Assembly: GCA_963663965.2 (NCBI GenBank) | Contig: CAXXFK010000035.1 | Coordinates: 11,468-75,467 of the forward strand | From: Sedimentisphaerales bacterium | GTDB taxonomy: Bacteria; Planctomycetota; Phycisphaerae; Sedimentisphaerales; SM23-30 | Direction of reading: 5' to 3' | Length of the DNA: 64,000 bases | Shown: positions 38,684-49,554 of the stretch, piece after piece | Position numbering within the stretch: position 1 is the stretch's first letter | Layout: each line of letters begins with the position of its first letter | Notes under the pieces: generated by a model | Database searches by the model: none | What the model was told of the DNA's origin: nothing | What the model saw: only the letters and a program-made list of their open reading frames with translations | Translations under genes and position numbers: made by a program

Positions 38684-39382
38684 TTAATGCTCGCTGGATT
38701 TGGGGCAAAAAGCCAGAACAAAATAGTACCAGGCCAGTTTATGATATCCGGTATGAACCACTTCATCATTCATGGAAAAGGTCAGGGTGCGGCCAAAACT
38801 GGATTCGATGAGGGTGATCAATTCAGGCAGATCGTAGCATTTGACATGCCTGGCTTTGCTTAAATCACTTTGATAAGGCCAGGAATAGCAACTGGGCGTG
38901 CCCACAAACAGAAATCCGGCCGGTTTTAAGTGCTGTGCCGCCTTGGCGACCATTTTGCAGCCGGTGGTTTCATCCATGTGTTCGATGACATCCATCAACA
39001 CCACCACATCAAACTGGTTCTGTATATCAAACTCGAAAAAATCTCCGGTCGTCAGATAAACATTATCGCGGCGATTGATTTTGCGGGCAATTTCAATTTC
39101 GTATTCTTTGACATCCATGGCCACTACCTGGCGGCAGTGCTGGGCGAGAAAAACCGCGCCAAGCCCGGAACCACAACCGATTTCCAGAACCGAATCGGTT
39201 GATTTCAACTGCCGGGCCAGGAATTTATATCGGGCCAGCCGAATCAGCCACTGCATGAGATTATCACGGGCGAACATGGCATATTCCGGGGGGAACTCCA
39301 TGGGCGGATGCTCACGGCACAAGGCTTCGACCAGATGATCGTACGTTTCATTATCCCGATTATAATCTTTAGGTTTTTCCAT
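38684..39382 (-). CDS. Class I SAM-dependent methyltransferase
   Basis: VLEIGCGSG, FDVVVLMDVIEH. Confidence 0.9.
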   Translation of the reverse strand: MEKPKDYNRDNETYDHLVEALCREHPPMEFPPEYAMFARDNLMQWLIRLARYKFLARQLKSTDSVLEIGCGSGLGAVFLAQHCRQVVAMDVKEYEIEIARKINRRDNVYLTTGDFFEFDIQNQFDVVVLMDVIEHMDETTGCKMVAKAAQHLKPAGFLFVGTPSCYSWPYQSDLSKARHVKCYDLPELITLIESSFGRTLTFSMNDEVVHTGYHKLAWYYFVLAFCPKSSEH

Positions 39383-39387
39383 AGTAT

Positions 39388-40383
39388 TTAAATGAAATAG
39401 TGAAATAAAATTTGAGCCGCAGCATCGATTTGATTGGCATCCATATCCATTTTTGTGAGAAAGCGGGTTATACTTCGAAATAATTCACGATTGGTTTCTT
39501 CCCCGTTGTTATCATAGCTTTCCGGTTCGTATCTGATATTCATGACAGGAACAACCGCCCCCCCCAGGCCTTCCTTAAAACGGACCAGGCCGTCATTATG
39601 ACCATCCAGAATACTTAAACCCAGATCCAATTCACGACATTGCCGCTGACCGGCCCAATTCAGCGCGGTCCAGAGCAATAGATTGTTGGGGCAATATTTT
39701 GAACTATGCGGTAAGGATGCGCTATATTTGTAATACATAACATCGTTATGCTGCAATAAAATTAAGGCCGCTAATAATTGACTTTCAAAGCGGGCTTCCA
39801 ATACCCATCCCTGATTCTGCGCCATGTATTCCATCAGCATAGTCTGAAATAATTTTCGCGGGGGTGATAAAATTTTAAACTTCTCCTTACGCTGCCTGGC
39901 AAACAACTGATAAAAACGCTCTAATCCCTCCCAATCCTGGCAAATTCGGATATCCACTCCCTTTTTTTGAGCTGTACCCAAATTCCTTTTAAACAGATTG
40001 GACAACCGGTCATGCATTATTTCTGGTTCGTCAATCGCCACACGATGAAATACTCCGCGGCGAATGACACGCCAACCCGGCAACAATTGTTGCTCATCAT
40101 AGTAACCGCCCAAGCGGAGGACAATGGCATAACCGGGATATTCGCCCTGCCAGTCTTGAAACCGATTCAAAATTGAAATTAATGAGCCATTGAATAACAG
40201 ATAATCTGAGAATGGCAACGTAATCAATAATTTGCCTGGTAAACCATCGCAACGACAACAGGTCAACATTTGGTTACCAATGGTGCGTTTTGTTTCAAAT
40301 CGCAGCGGAAACGAACTATCCAGAATGGTCAGCCATTTATGGCTATTGAACAGACAATCGGTATCGAGTTCTATGGTCATCAT
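39388..40383 (-). CDS. GNAT/FemAB-like acyltransferase
   Basis: KRNLGTAQKKGV, YYKYSAS, PNNLLLW, LDLG, GLVRFKEGLGG; start placed at MMTIEL. Confidence 0.8.
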   Translation of the reverse strand: MMTIELDTDCLFNSHKWLTILDSSFPLRFETKRTIGNQMLTCCRCDGLPGKLLITLPFSDYLLFNGSLISILNRFQDWQGEYPGYAIVLRLGGYYDEQQLLPGWRVIRRGVFHRVAIDEPEIMHDRLSNLFKRNLGTAQKKGVDIRICQDWEGLERFYQLFARQRKEKFKILSPPRKLFQTMLMEYMAQNQGWVLEARFESQLLAALILLQHNDVMYYKYSASLPHSSKYCPNNLLLWTALNWAGQRQCRELDLGLSILDGHNDGLVRFKEGLGGAVVPVMNIRYEPESYDNNGEETNRELFRSITRFLTKMDMDANQIDAAAQILFHYFI

Positions 40384-40388
40384 GAACT

Positions 40389-41304
40389 TCAAGTCCCCAA
40401 CCATTGTCCCGCTTTCAGAGCGGACGGCAATATGGCATCAAAATACAAGTTGACCGAACCTGAAACACACTGAACTTGAAGACACGTTGATTGATTGCAT
40501 TCGCGCCGCTCAAGAACCAATCCTCCGGTTAACGCCGTGGAATCTTCCTCTTCAATGGTCGAACGTCCTGCCGCCAACCGATGTTGACACCAGGTTACGA
40601 CCCCCCCCCCCATATCGAACCTGGCTGCGCGTGATGTTATGTACCATCCGGGCAGTCATGAGACGAAAATTAACAAAACGAATTTCAGCAGTCAATTTTG
40701 GGAAATAGCTGCCGGGTTCCGTCTGGGGCATCGCCTTAAGTTCCCCCGTCAGAATCCCATGCACGACATCCTCCAGATGTTCATCGATCAATCGATCCTG
40801 CCGATCCATAATAGTCCGGGTGTCATCCGCATCGGTAATCTCCAACGGGACCGTTCGATAGACGCCTCCTGTGTCAATGCCGCTATCCAGTTTCATAAAT
40901 GTGACTCCTGACTGCCGTTCGCCATTGATCAGACACCATTGCACGGGATAAGGCCCTTTGTACTCCGGCAACAAGGAAGGATGGATATTCAGGCAGCCCA
41001 GTCGCGGCCGTTTCAGAATCGCGTCAGGTAGTATTCCGAAGACACTTACCACAAATAAATCGGCGGCCGGTATGTTAGTCAGGGCCGCAGCCAGGGCAGG
41101 GCGAGAATTTTTCTCGATGGCAATCTCCGGGACAGCCCGCGTTGACAACAACCTGATTGTTGCCGGACAGAATTGCAGATCATGTTCTTTCTCGTGGATT
41201 GCCGCCAATAGCTTGATATTCGCATTCAGAAGCGTTATCAGCGTCTTTTCGTTATTCCCGATGAAAATCACATCGCGCCCAGATGTCATCACACAATTCT
41301 CCAT
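40389..41304 (-). CDS. Formyltransferase (Fmt-like, probably sugar N-formyltransferase); frameshifted at poly-G 40601-40611 as assembled
   Basis: NIHPSLLPEYKG, GVT, IDTG motifs; removing one G joins 40552..41304 to 40389..40613. Confidence 0.8.
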
Positions 41305-42308
41305 CAGACCGGCAACGCCGGACGATCCTTTTCCAACGAAAATTCTTCATCAAAAAGACGGCAACCCCGGCAAAAGCTCAGTTCATTGCGATTACCCTGA
41401 CTATGTAATCGCCGAACCTCCTGAAAGGGTTCGCCCGTCCAGATTTCCTGTATTGTATTGTCATTGACATTACCCATACAATGTTTCGCTTCGTAATCCT
41501 GTCCACACAAAGGCACGGACCCATCGGAATTGATATTGAATGTGGACCAGGGCAGGATACAGGGATGATAACACAGGTCATACTGAGGGATATTGTCCTG
41601 CCAGCTGTGTTGATTGCCCCAGGAATGCGGCCGTTTCATATAGATACGATCCTGTTCCTTTTTCAAACCGTTCCAGAACCGTTCCCAGTTTTCGATAAAG
41701 GCCTTGCCTTCCGGAGTTTCCAGATCTTTGAACAAGATGCCCCGGATCCGGATCAGCATATCCGGTTTTATTCGATCCCGCATTTTGAAGACGGTGTGAA
41801 TATTATCCATGACGGTTTCAAATTTCAAGCCCGGTCGCAGCGATTCGTATTCTTCTTTTTCCAGTGAATCGATGGACAGCATAATTTCATCCAGCCCGGC
41901 CTCCATCAACTCAACCGCTTTGGTTTCTGTCAACAAAGAAGCATTGGTCGAGAGATTGATTCGCTTTATTCCACCGGCTTTGAGCCGCCTGATCCGCGGT
42001 GCAATTTTTTTATCCAATAGCGGTTCACCCGCCTTCTGGAGATAGACATAGAATATCCAATCGGCATGCCGGATCAATTCATCGGCAATTTTATCGAACA
42101 GCGCATCGGGCATAAACGGGGTATCGGTTTTCCATTTATCAACGGTACAAAACGGACAGCGGGAATTGCAGGCATGCACGGTCTCGACAAGGACAAAACG
42201 GGGAAAACGCATTGCCTGGGCGATATTTTCCAATTTGAGCCGGCGGGCGAGATCTCTCATTTCCAGTTCCAGCTGTTGAGGAGTCCTGTGGTCTAAATCA
42301 AATATCAT
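41304..42308 (-). CDS. Radical SAM/SPASM domain protein
   Basis: CNSRCPFC, GEPLL, STNA; SPASM C...DGSVPLC...GNV...C..C. Confidence 0.92.
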   Translation of the reverse strand: MIFDLDHRTPQQLELEMRDLARRLKLENIAQAMRFPRFVLVETVHACNSRCPFCTVDKWKTDTPFMPDALFDKIADELIRHADWIFYVYLQKAGEPLLDKKIAPRIRRLKAGGIKRINLSTNASLLTETKAVELMEAGLDEIMLSIDSLEKEEYESLRPGLKFETVMDNIHTVFKMRDRIKPDMLIRIRGILFKDLETPEGKAFIENWERFWNGLKKEQDRIYMKRPHSWGNQHSWQDNIPQYDLCYHPCILPWSTFNINSDGSVPLCGQDYEAKHCMGNVNDNTIQEIWTGEPFQEVRRLHSQGNRNELSFCRGCRLFDEEFSLEKDRPALPV

Positions 42309-42323
42309 AACACTCTTCTCATG

Positions 42324-43068
42324 TCAAATGGGTTTGCCATGTAATTTTATGACACGCCCCGGCACGCCGACAACGGTCGCGCCGGGCGGCACATCTTCTA
42401 TAATGACGGCGCCGGCGCCAATAATCGCGTCGTTGCCGATTTTTTTCTTATTGATTACTGTCGCATTTGACCAGACAGTTGCACAGTTTCCAATCGTCAC
42501 ATTACCAGCGGCTACCACTCCCGGGGCGATCAGAGCCCCCGGCCGAACCACATCGTGATGATCCAGTTGAGCCCCGGTGTTGATAATCACACCGTCGCAG
42601 ATCTCAGCACGATAGCCGATCACTGCCCGGGCATGAACCACAACATTATCATGAAGAACTGCATCCGGCAAAATCAAGGCGCTGGGATGCACCGCGTTGA
42701 TTAGCCGCAAGCCGGCCTGGCGCGCTCTTTCCAGCATGCCAAGCCGGGTATGATTGTCGCTGACAGTAACCAACACCTGTCGAATACCCAATGCCATCAG
42801 CCGTTCAGGCCAATCCAGGGAGGTCAATAACGGAACCCCCTTAAAAGAATCGGGGAGTGGGGTAATCAAATAATCGAGAATCCCGGCGGGTTTTTTCGGA
42901 CGGGATATCGATTTCAGGCGGATCGGCAGCCGGATTGACAAAACAGGTTATACGATAATCCGTAGCGGTTTCCAGCCAGGAATGAATCTGGCCGGCGCCG
43001 CCCTCTTCCCAGCCTATCAAGGCCACGGCATTATCATGGTGTTTAATAGTTTCAGGTATCAGTTCCAT
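42324..43068 (-). CDS. PglD/NeuD-like sugar acetyltransferase (hexapeptide repeat); frameshift near 42852-42862 as assembled
   Basis: AVHPSA, IINTGAQLDHH, IGAGAVII.DVP..ATVVGVPGR; deleting one C gives continuous ...DYPTPDSFKG... Confidence 0.82.
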
Positions 43069-43071
43069 GGG

Positions 43072-44176
43072 CTACCAGGGTCGGTATCGGCTATCAATTT
43101 CCTGCAAGACATCACACACACGCCGGACATTGGCCATGCTTTGATCCGGTCCACACGGTAACAAGATCAGATGTTGGGCAAACCGGTCAGAGTTGGGATA
43201 CTCACCCTGTCCCCCGATATGGGGCATGGTATTAAAACTGGCAATATGTGAAATGGTATGGATATCAAACGCTTTCAGATCCTCCAGCAGGCGGTCCTTC
43301 TCGGTACAGAGGCATTCGGACCGGAGAGGTACTTCGCCCGCCTCGATATCAACCGGGACAAACCGGATACTTTTCAGATTTCGCAGGTTGTCACGGTACA
43401 TTTCATGGATAGCAATCTGATTATGGATTTTCTGTTCGGTTTTTTTGAGTTGCGATAAACCCACCGAGGCAAGAATATCATTAAACTTGAAATTGCCGGC
43501 CAGCATGCGGTAACTGAGCTCGGGGTGTTTTTCATTAATGCCCTGATTACGAATACTTTTTAGCAACTCATAATCTTCTTCGGAGTGGCAACACACCGCC
43601 CCCCCCCTGTCCCACGGCAATCATTTTGGCCAGTCCCAGCGAAAAACATCCAAAACGAGCCTGAGTTCCCAGGCTCCGGTCACCATGACGGCTGAACAAC
43701 GCCTGACAGGCATCTTCCACCACCTGCAGATGATGGCGCCGGGCAATAGCCATAATTTTATCCATCCGGCAGCTTTTCCCGTTCATGTGAACCGGCACCA
43801 GGACTCGGGTTTTATCGGTCAGCACCGATTCAATCTGGTCCTCATCGATAATCTGGGCATCCGGACAAACATCAACGGTTCGTACGGTAGCGCCCAGTAA
43901 CATGGCGGCATGCGCGGTTGCCAGAGCCGTCCGGTTAGGGACAACGACTTCGCAACCGGGCCCGACACCACTGGCCAGGCAGGCCATAATCAGGGCCGAG
44001 GTGCCGCTGGTCGTGCAGACGACATGAGGCGCCTGCAGGCGAGCCGCCAGTTCCGCTTCCAGTTGCGCCGTGCGGGCGCTCTGACTCACACACCGATTCC
44101 GTATCGCGTCGGCGGCTGCCTGCGCATCGGACTCATCCAATTGAATATTCCACCAGTTAATCGTTGATGGGGACAT
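43072..44176 (-). CDS. DegT family aminotransferase; frameshift at poly-G 43599-43607 as assembled
   Basis: TSGTSAL, VEDACQA, FSLGLAK; deleting one G gives GQGGAVCC continuing to NFKFNDILAS. Confidence 0.85.
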
Positions 44177-45221
44177 CGAGTTTACCTTTCATTAACGCAT
44201 CGAGCAACCGGTTGTCCTGTGCGGCCTGACACATACGACAACACATTTCTTTCTCCAATCCCCGTTCCACTTCAGCAAAAATCTGTTGTTTCTTTTGGGA
44301 AAACCAGATATCCCGGAAACGGGCCTCCAGTATGTTGCCATAGACACTGTTCTGATAAAAATTACGGGCACAGGTATACAGATTGCCATGATGATCCATA
44401 TTAGTCCGAAAATGGATACCGTAACATTGCTGCCAGCCAACCGACTGAGATGGATCGATAAAGGTATCCCAGCGAATTTCAACGTTATCGAGATCACGAT
44501 AATTTTGCAGTTCTTTGATAATGCTGTCCCAGGGCTGATCCTGATTCATACCGGCATCCAGACTGGCCTTACGCATGATCAAACGGTCCGCGCCGGTATC
44601 ATGCATTAACTGTACCATAGCGTCCATTGATTGCCAATTGAGATCGTAAATAATGTAAAGAATCCACAATTGGCAATCGAGATTGTTACGATCACGGAAA
44701 TTAACAGCTTCTGAGATATTATGACTCAGGCGTTGAAATTCGTCCCTGCGGCAGCCATGAACGCGAGCGTAGGTATCCGGATCGCCCCCCCCTACGGAGA
44801 ATTTAATCCATTTCATGCCGCGGAGTATCGCGTCACGTCGACGATCATCCAATAAAACACCATTGGTGCTGAGTAACATATTAAGGCCCAGTTCACGGCC
44901 ATAAAGCGCCCAACCCCCCAATTCCGGATTGATTAGTGGTTCGCCATTGCCGGCAAAGAAGACATCCTGCCCCCCCAGAAACGCAAAATCCTGCAGGAAC
45001 CGGTTGAACACATGACGATCTTCCAAATACAGGATTTTATCGCCATACTCATCGTACTGCTGGAATCCGCAATGGACGCAGCGCTGATTGCAACCCCGGA
45101 CACACCCAACTTCAATCGATAACGGTCCGGGCTGCCGGCCCTGCCGCCATTGGTGCAAAACCTCAGGGTTGTTCCATAACTTATTATTAATCAATTGTCG
45201 TTTATCGAAAAGCGTATTCAT
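44157..45221 (-). CDS. Radical SAM/SPASM domain protein
   Basis: CNQRCVHC, GNGEPL, STNG, C-terminal Cys cluster. Confidence 0.9.
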   Translation of the reverse strand: MNTLFDKRQLINNKLWNNPEVLHQWRQGRQPGPLSIEVGCVRGCNQRCVHCGFQQYDEYGDKILYLEDRHVFNRFLQDFAFLGGQDVFFAGNGEPLINPELGGWALYGRELGLNMLLSTNGVLLDDRRRDAILRGMKWIKFSVGGGDPDTYARVHGCRRDEFQRLSHNISEAVNFRDRNNLDCQLWILYIIYDLNWQSMDAMVQLMHDTGADRLIMRKASLDAGMNQDQPWDSIIKELQNYRDLDNVEIRWDTFIDPSQSVGWQQCYGIHFRTNMDHHGNLYTCARNFYQNSVYGNILEARFRDIWFSQKKQQIFAEVERGLEKEMCCRMCQAAQDNRLLDALMKGKLDVPIND

Positions 45222-45243
45222 AAATTATTACATTGCATCTGGA

Positions 45244-46314
45244 TCAAACAAATCCCAGATGATCGGGGTCCGCATTCAGATATTCCAGTACCATAAGATT
45301 TTTGCCGTTGGCGACGCAATGATGGCCGCAGACTCGTGATGGATCAATTTTAAAAAACTTCTCTTTACCGGTCATCCAGAAATCGCGAAAGCGCTGGTTC
45401 CGGATCGATCCTAACAATCCATCCTGAAGATTATAGGCTTTGTCCTGACAGGAATAGACGTTCTGGTCGGCGCCGATAACCATCAGCACCTGGAGGTAAG
45501 GACACCATTCATACGTTTTCTGGAATTTATCATCCAATTCGTGATAGGCGTCGTAAATTTCAAAGGATGGATCGGCCAGTTCACTTCTGGTTTTTTGGAT
45601 CTGTTCTTTGACCTGTTCAAAGATGGGCTGATGGTAAGCGTTATTGCGCCCTCCTTCATTATCAACGATACAGGGCGACAGTTTGACGCTATTCACACCG
45701 ACCGCTTTAAGACGGCTGACCATCTCGAAAATATGGGAAGCGTTATCCCGGTCGATGATCATGCTGACCCCCAGATAACAGGCGGGCCTGAGCGCCATGA
45801 AAGCCGCCATATTGTTGAGAATGCGGGTATATTCACCATCACCGACACCGCGATAGTGGCGGTAGCTGGCATCATCCCAGCCATCCATCGATATCCGCAA
45901 CCAGGTGGCATGGCGGGCGAACCGTTCGGCAATGCGTCCGGTCAGGCGGGCGCCGTTGGTCAGGGCAGCGAATTTGACCGGCGAAGCGGCCAGTTTTTCC
46001 ACGGTCTCTTCCAGATAAGGATAGCAGAACGGATCCCCGCCGCCGCTGAACGTAACGGCCTGGACTTTCATTTCAATGATATCATCGACAATTTCCATCA
46101 TTTTATCACGCGGGATAAAATCGCGAATATTCATATTCTGACCCAGCTGCAGGTTGTCAACCCGGTAGGCGCAATACCGGCAGTTATGATTGCAGACATT
46201 GGTCGGCTTGATGCGAATATGAACCGGTGGCAGAATGGCATCGACAGAGCGCGGCAGTGAATCCAGCTTCTCTTTGTAATGGAATAATTTTGTTTTGGAA
46301 TACAGTCCAGCCAT
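45244..46314 (-). CDS. Radical SAM protein with SPASM/twitch-like C-terminus
   Basis: CNHNCRYC, FSGGGDP, TNG, VYSCQDK, CGHHC. Confidence 0.9.
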   Translation of the reverse strand: MAGLYSKTKLFHYKEKLDSLPRSVDAILPPVHIRIKPTNVCNHNCRYCAYRVDNLQLGQNMNIRDFIPRDKMMEIVDDIIEMKVQAVTFSGGGDPFCYPYLEETVEKLAASPVKFAALTNGARLTGRIAERFARHATWLRISMDGWDDASYRHYRGVGDGEYTRILNNMAAFMALRPACYLGVSMIIDRDNASHIFEMVSRLKAVGVNSVKLSPCIVDNEGGRNNAYHQPIFEQVKEQIQKTRSELADPSFEIYDAYHELDDKFQKTYEWCPYLQVLMVIGADQNVYSCQDKAYNLQDGLLGSIRNQRFRDFWMTGKEKFFKIDPSRVCGHHCVANGKNLMVLEYLNADPDHLGFV

Positions 46315-46335
46315 ATATCAATATAATGTTATTTA

Positions 46336-46995
46336 TTATTCGAAATAGATAAATTCATAATCACCGGTATAACTGAATTGATCAAACAACCAGATCCATT
46401 CCTCCGGGCGAAAAAACGCCTGGCAGGTCAGGGCCCAGCATTGCAGATTAAAGAGTTCCAGGTCGTTACGAAAACTTTCGGCCACGAGATATTTATTTTT
46501 GCCCACCCGTTCTATTTCGACCAGGGCCTTTTGCAAATCAAAAATCATCAAATTATGCAGGGTGGTAATGGAAATCACCAGGTCAAAATAGTCATCGGCA
46601 AAGGCGTAGGGCTGCTGGGCCTCCTGGATAAACAGATGATCGGCCATTTCCGGATGGCACTGCGTAATCGCATAGGAGGATATATCCAGGCCGACAATAG
46701 TTGGTTCTTTCAGGCGCTGACTGATTTCGTAGAGCAGGTATCCCTTGCCGCAGCCCACATCCAGAATGGTGGCGCCGTCTTTCAGCCGGTACTGTTCGAT
46801 GAGTTTTTCGGCTACGACACCCCAGCGGCCATCGTAGCGATAGCCGCCGTAGCCATACCGCCGGTCACCATCCCAGTAATCCTGTCCGTATTGCCTGGCA
46901 ACCTGCATACAATGCACTTTATCATCCATCATGCGACCGAGGTAGTCGCGGGCTGTTTTCTTGTGCAAAGGGGTTACGATCTCCAGCAAGCCCAC
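46336..46995 (-). CDS. Class I SAM-dependent methyltransferase
   Basis: YWDGDRRYGYGGY, ILDVGCGKG, FDLVISITTLHN. Confidence 0.9.
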   Translation of the reverse strand: MGLLEIVTPLHKKTARDYLGRMMDDKVHCMQVARQYGQDYWDGDRRYGYGGYRYDGRWGVVAEKLIEQYRLKDGATILDVGCGKGYLLYEISQRLKEPTIVGLDISSYAITQCHPEMADHLFIQEAQQPYAFADDYFDLVISITTLHNLMIFDLQKALVEIERVGKNKYLVAESFRNDLELFNLQCWALTCQAFFRPEEWIWLFDQFSYTGDYEFIYFE

Positions 46996-47933
46996 TAGAT
47001 ACCTCCTTCCCGGCTTTCCAGCAGGTCGCCGGCCCGTTTGGCAATGTGTTCCGCGGATAACCCGTTGAGTTTTTTCATCTCTTCGAGCGTGCCATATCCT
47101 TTGGGGAAGGTGCCTCGTAAACCCATCCGGGCAAATCGTACCGGCAAGCCATCATCTTCGGCCAGCGCTTCGGCAACCGCACTACCTAAACCCCCGTTAA
47201 TGGCATGTTCCTCAATAGTAAGAATCCCCATGGTTTCCCGCGCCGCTTCAATCACCGCCTGTCGATCCAGAGGTTTGATCGTGTGCATATTCAGCAACCG
47301 CACCGACTTGCCCTCTTTTTTTAACATGTCCGCCGCCTTGAGAGCTTCATGAACGATATTGCCGGTTGCGATCAGGGTGATATCTTCGCCATCGGACAAC
47401 GTGACCGCCTTGCCGGGAACAAATTCATAGTCCTTTTTGTATATTTCCGGTGTTTTGCTGGTCGCAATCCGCAAATAGACCGGACCGTTAATCCGAGCCG
47501 CTTCACGCGTGGCCAGCCGGGCTTCGAGAGGATCGGCCGGGGCAAAGAGGGTCATACCGGGCAACGCACGCAGCATGGCCAGGTCTTCAACAGCATGATG
47601 GGTGGGTCCCAGATCACTATAGACAAAACCGGCTCCGATCCCCACCAGTTTGACATTGCTTTTTTGCAGACAGACATCATTGCGGATCTGTTCAAAGGCG
47701 CGCATGGTCAGAAAAGCGGCAATCGTATAACAGAAGGGAATCTTGCCGCAATGCGCCAGACCGGCGGCAACCCCCACCATATTGGCTTCGGCGATGCCAA
47801 AATTGATAAAGCGACCCGGATAGGCCTCACGGTATTTATCATAGACTATGGCGCCATTATCGGCCACCAGCGCCATAATGCGGGGATCTTTTTTCGCCAG
47901 ATCGTATAACTCGGCAATATAGGCATTTCTCAT
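46995..47933 (-). CDS. Transketolase, C-terminal (pyrimidine-binding) subunit
   Basis: GIAEANMVGVAAG, RAFEQIRND, GPTHHAVED, IEEH...GGLGSAV. Confidence 0.93.
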   Translation of the reverse strand: MRNAYIAELYDLAKKDPRIMALVADNGAIVYDKYREAYPGRFINFGIAEANMVGVAAGLAHCGKIPFCYTIAAFLTMRAFEQIRNDVCLQKSNVKLVGIGAGFVYSDLGPTHHAVEDLAMLRALPGMTLFAPADPLEARLATREAARINGPVYLRIATSKTPEIYKKDYEFVPGKAVTLSDGEDITLIATGNIVHEALKAADMLKKEGKSVRLLNMHTIKPLDRQAVIEAARETMGILTIEEHAINGGLGSAVAEALAEDDGLPVRFARMGLRGTFPKGYGTLEEMKKLNGLSAEHIAKRAGDLLESREGGI

Positions 47934-48817
47934 GATCTGGCCTCCTCAAGTCCCAATTCCTGACGAGCGACCTTCATTTCCTCCTCATTGGGCATGCGAT
48001 AATGCCAGATTGGCACATTTTCCATAAATGAAATCCCTTTGCCTTTGGTTGTATGCGCGATAATCATAGTCGGTCGGCCTGTTTCCAGGGGGATGGCCTG
48101 GAATACTTCCAGGAGCCTGCCCAGATCATGGCCATTGACTTCCTGGACCTTCCAGCCAAAGGCTTTCCATTTATCCGCCAGCGGCTCCAGCCCGACAATC
48201 TTATCGAGCCTATCAAGCGCCTGTAACTTGTTGTAATCCACGATTCCAACCAGATTATCCAGTCCGGCCTGCGCGGCAAAAGCGGCCGCTTCCCAGACGC
48301 TACCTTCCTGACATTCGCCATCACCCATCAGTGTGAATACCCGGTAATCCTTTTGATCGATCTTGCCAGCCAGGGCCATGCCGGCGGCAAAAGCCAGACC
48401 ATGTCCCAGGGCACCGGTGGAAGCCTCCACACCAGGGACTTTATACATATCCGGATGGCCGCCCAGTTCGGTGCCGGGATGGCCATGAGTAGCCAGCATT
48501 TCGTAACTGATAAATCCTTTTAAAGCCAGCACACAATACAAGGCAACCCCGGCATGACCTTTACTCAGGATAAAACGGTCACGATCTGGTGAACCGATTG
48601 TCTTGGGAGAAACCTGTAAAATTCGATCGTAGAGTACGGTTAAAATCTCGGCGACTGACAGGCAGGTGGGGATATGCCCCCCTCCCGCTCCACAGATCGT
48701 TTCGAAAATTAACTGCCGGACTTTCTGGACCGATTGGCGCAATTCCGACAAATTGTTCTCCGGTTCACGTTTGGTTTCAGGTTCTATTTGCGGTTCGTTT
48801 TTTTTCTTCTTTTTCAT
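47930..48817 (-). CDS. Transketolase, N-terminal (TPP-binding) subunit
   Basis: DRFILSKGHA, STGALGHG, GDGECQEGSVWEA, HTTKGKG. Confidence 0.93.
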   Translation of the reverse strand: MKKKKKNEPQIEPETKREPENNLSELRQSVQKVRQLIFETICGAGGGHIPTCLSVAEILTVLYDRILQVSPKTIGSPDRDRFILSKGHAGVALYCVLALKGFISYEMLATHGHPGTELGGHPDMYKVPGVEASTGALGHGLAFAAGMALAGKIDQKDYRVFTLMGDGECQEGSVWEAAAFAAQAGLDNLVGIVDYNKLQALDRLDKIVGLEPLADKWKAFGWKVQEVNGHDLGRLLEVFQAIPLETGRPTMIIAHTTKGKGISFMENVPIWHYRMPNEEEMKVARQELGLEEARS

Positions 48818-48875
48818 AGGATTATTGAATTATATCCAGATGGATCGATCGTTCCGATACACTGAATCAAAATAA

Positions 48876-49541
48876 CTAACTGATGGTACTTAATACTTTC
48901 CAGATATATTCCGTCGCGCCGCTCATAAACATGGCAACGGCTTTGGTGGCCAGAAAAATATACAGCAGGCGGGCAATAATAAAGCCAACATAAGGACCGG
49001 TGATTTTCATCAGCCGGTCAGCATTGCGGGCAATCAGATAAACAAAAACAAAAGTCACTGCCGCGATTAACAGCATCGTCATCCGTCCCAGGCCCTGGCT
49101 CATAATGATCGTAACCGTAATCGTACCAGGCCCCACCATAATCGGAAACGCGATCGGGAATACCGCCAACAGGCGATTATCGGCATCCTCCGCCAGCAAT
49201 CCTCCATTTTTACGGGGCATAACCCCTTTTAACGCGACAATAAACAATAAGATTCCTCCGGCCACTTTCAATTCCATTAAAGTGACACCGAAAAGATTGA
49301 CCAGACACCAGTCGCCAATTAAGGCAAATGTAACAACAATCATCAAAGCCGTTAAGACAGCCATGTTCATCACATGACTCTGCTCGGCCCTGGCAAGTTT
49401 GCGGGTCAGATCGGCATAAACCGGGATATTCCCCACCGGGTTAACCACTGCCAGCAACAGCAAGCTGTTTTTCAAGGCGACATTCAAGATATTCTGATCG
49501 CCGGTATCGGTCATAAATGTCATATTCTGGGCGAGAATCAT
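48876..49541 (-). CDS. MarC family integral membrane protein
   Basis: VVNPVGNIP, VAGGILLF, AVFPIAFPIMVGPGTI. Confidence 0.9.
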   Translation of the reverse strand: MILAQNMTFMTDTGDQNILNVALKNSLLLLAVVNPVGNIPVYADLTRKLARAEQSHVMNMAVLTALMIVVTFALIGDWCLVNLFGVTLMELKVAGGILLFIVALKGVMPRKNGGLLAEDADNRLLAVFPIAFPIMVGPGTITVTIIMSQGLGRMTMLLIAAVTFVFVYLIARNADRLMKITGPYVGFIIARLLYIFLATKAVAMFMSGATEYIWKVLSTIS

Positions 49542-49554
49542 TGTTCCATCCCTG

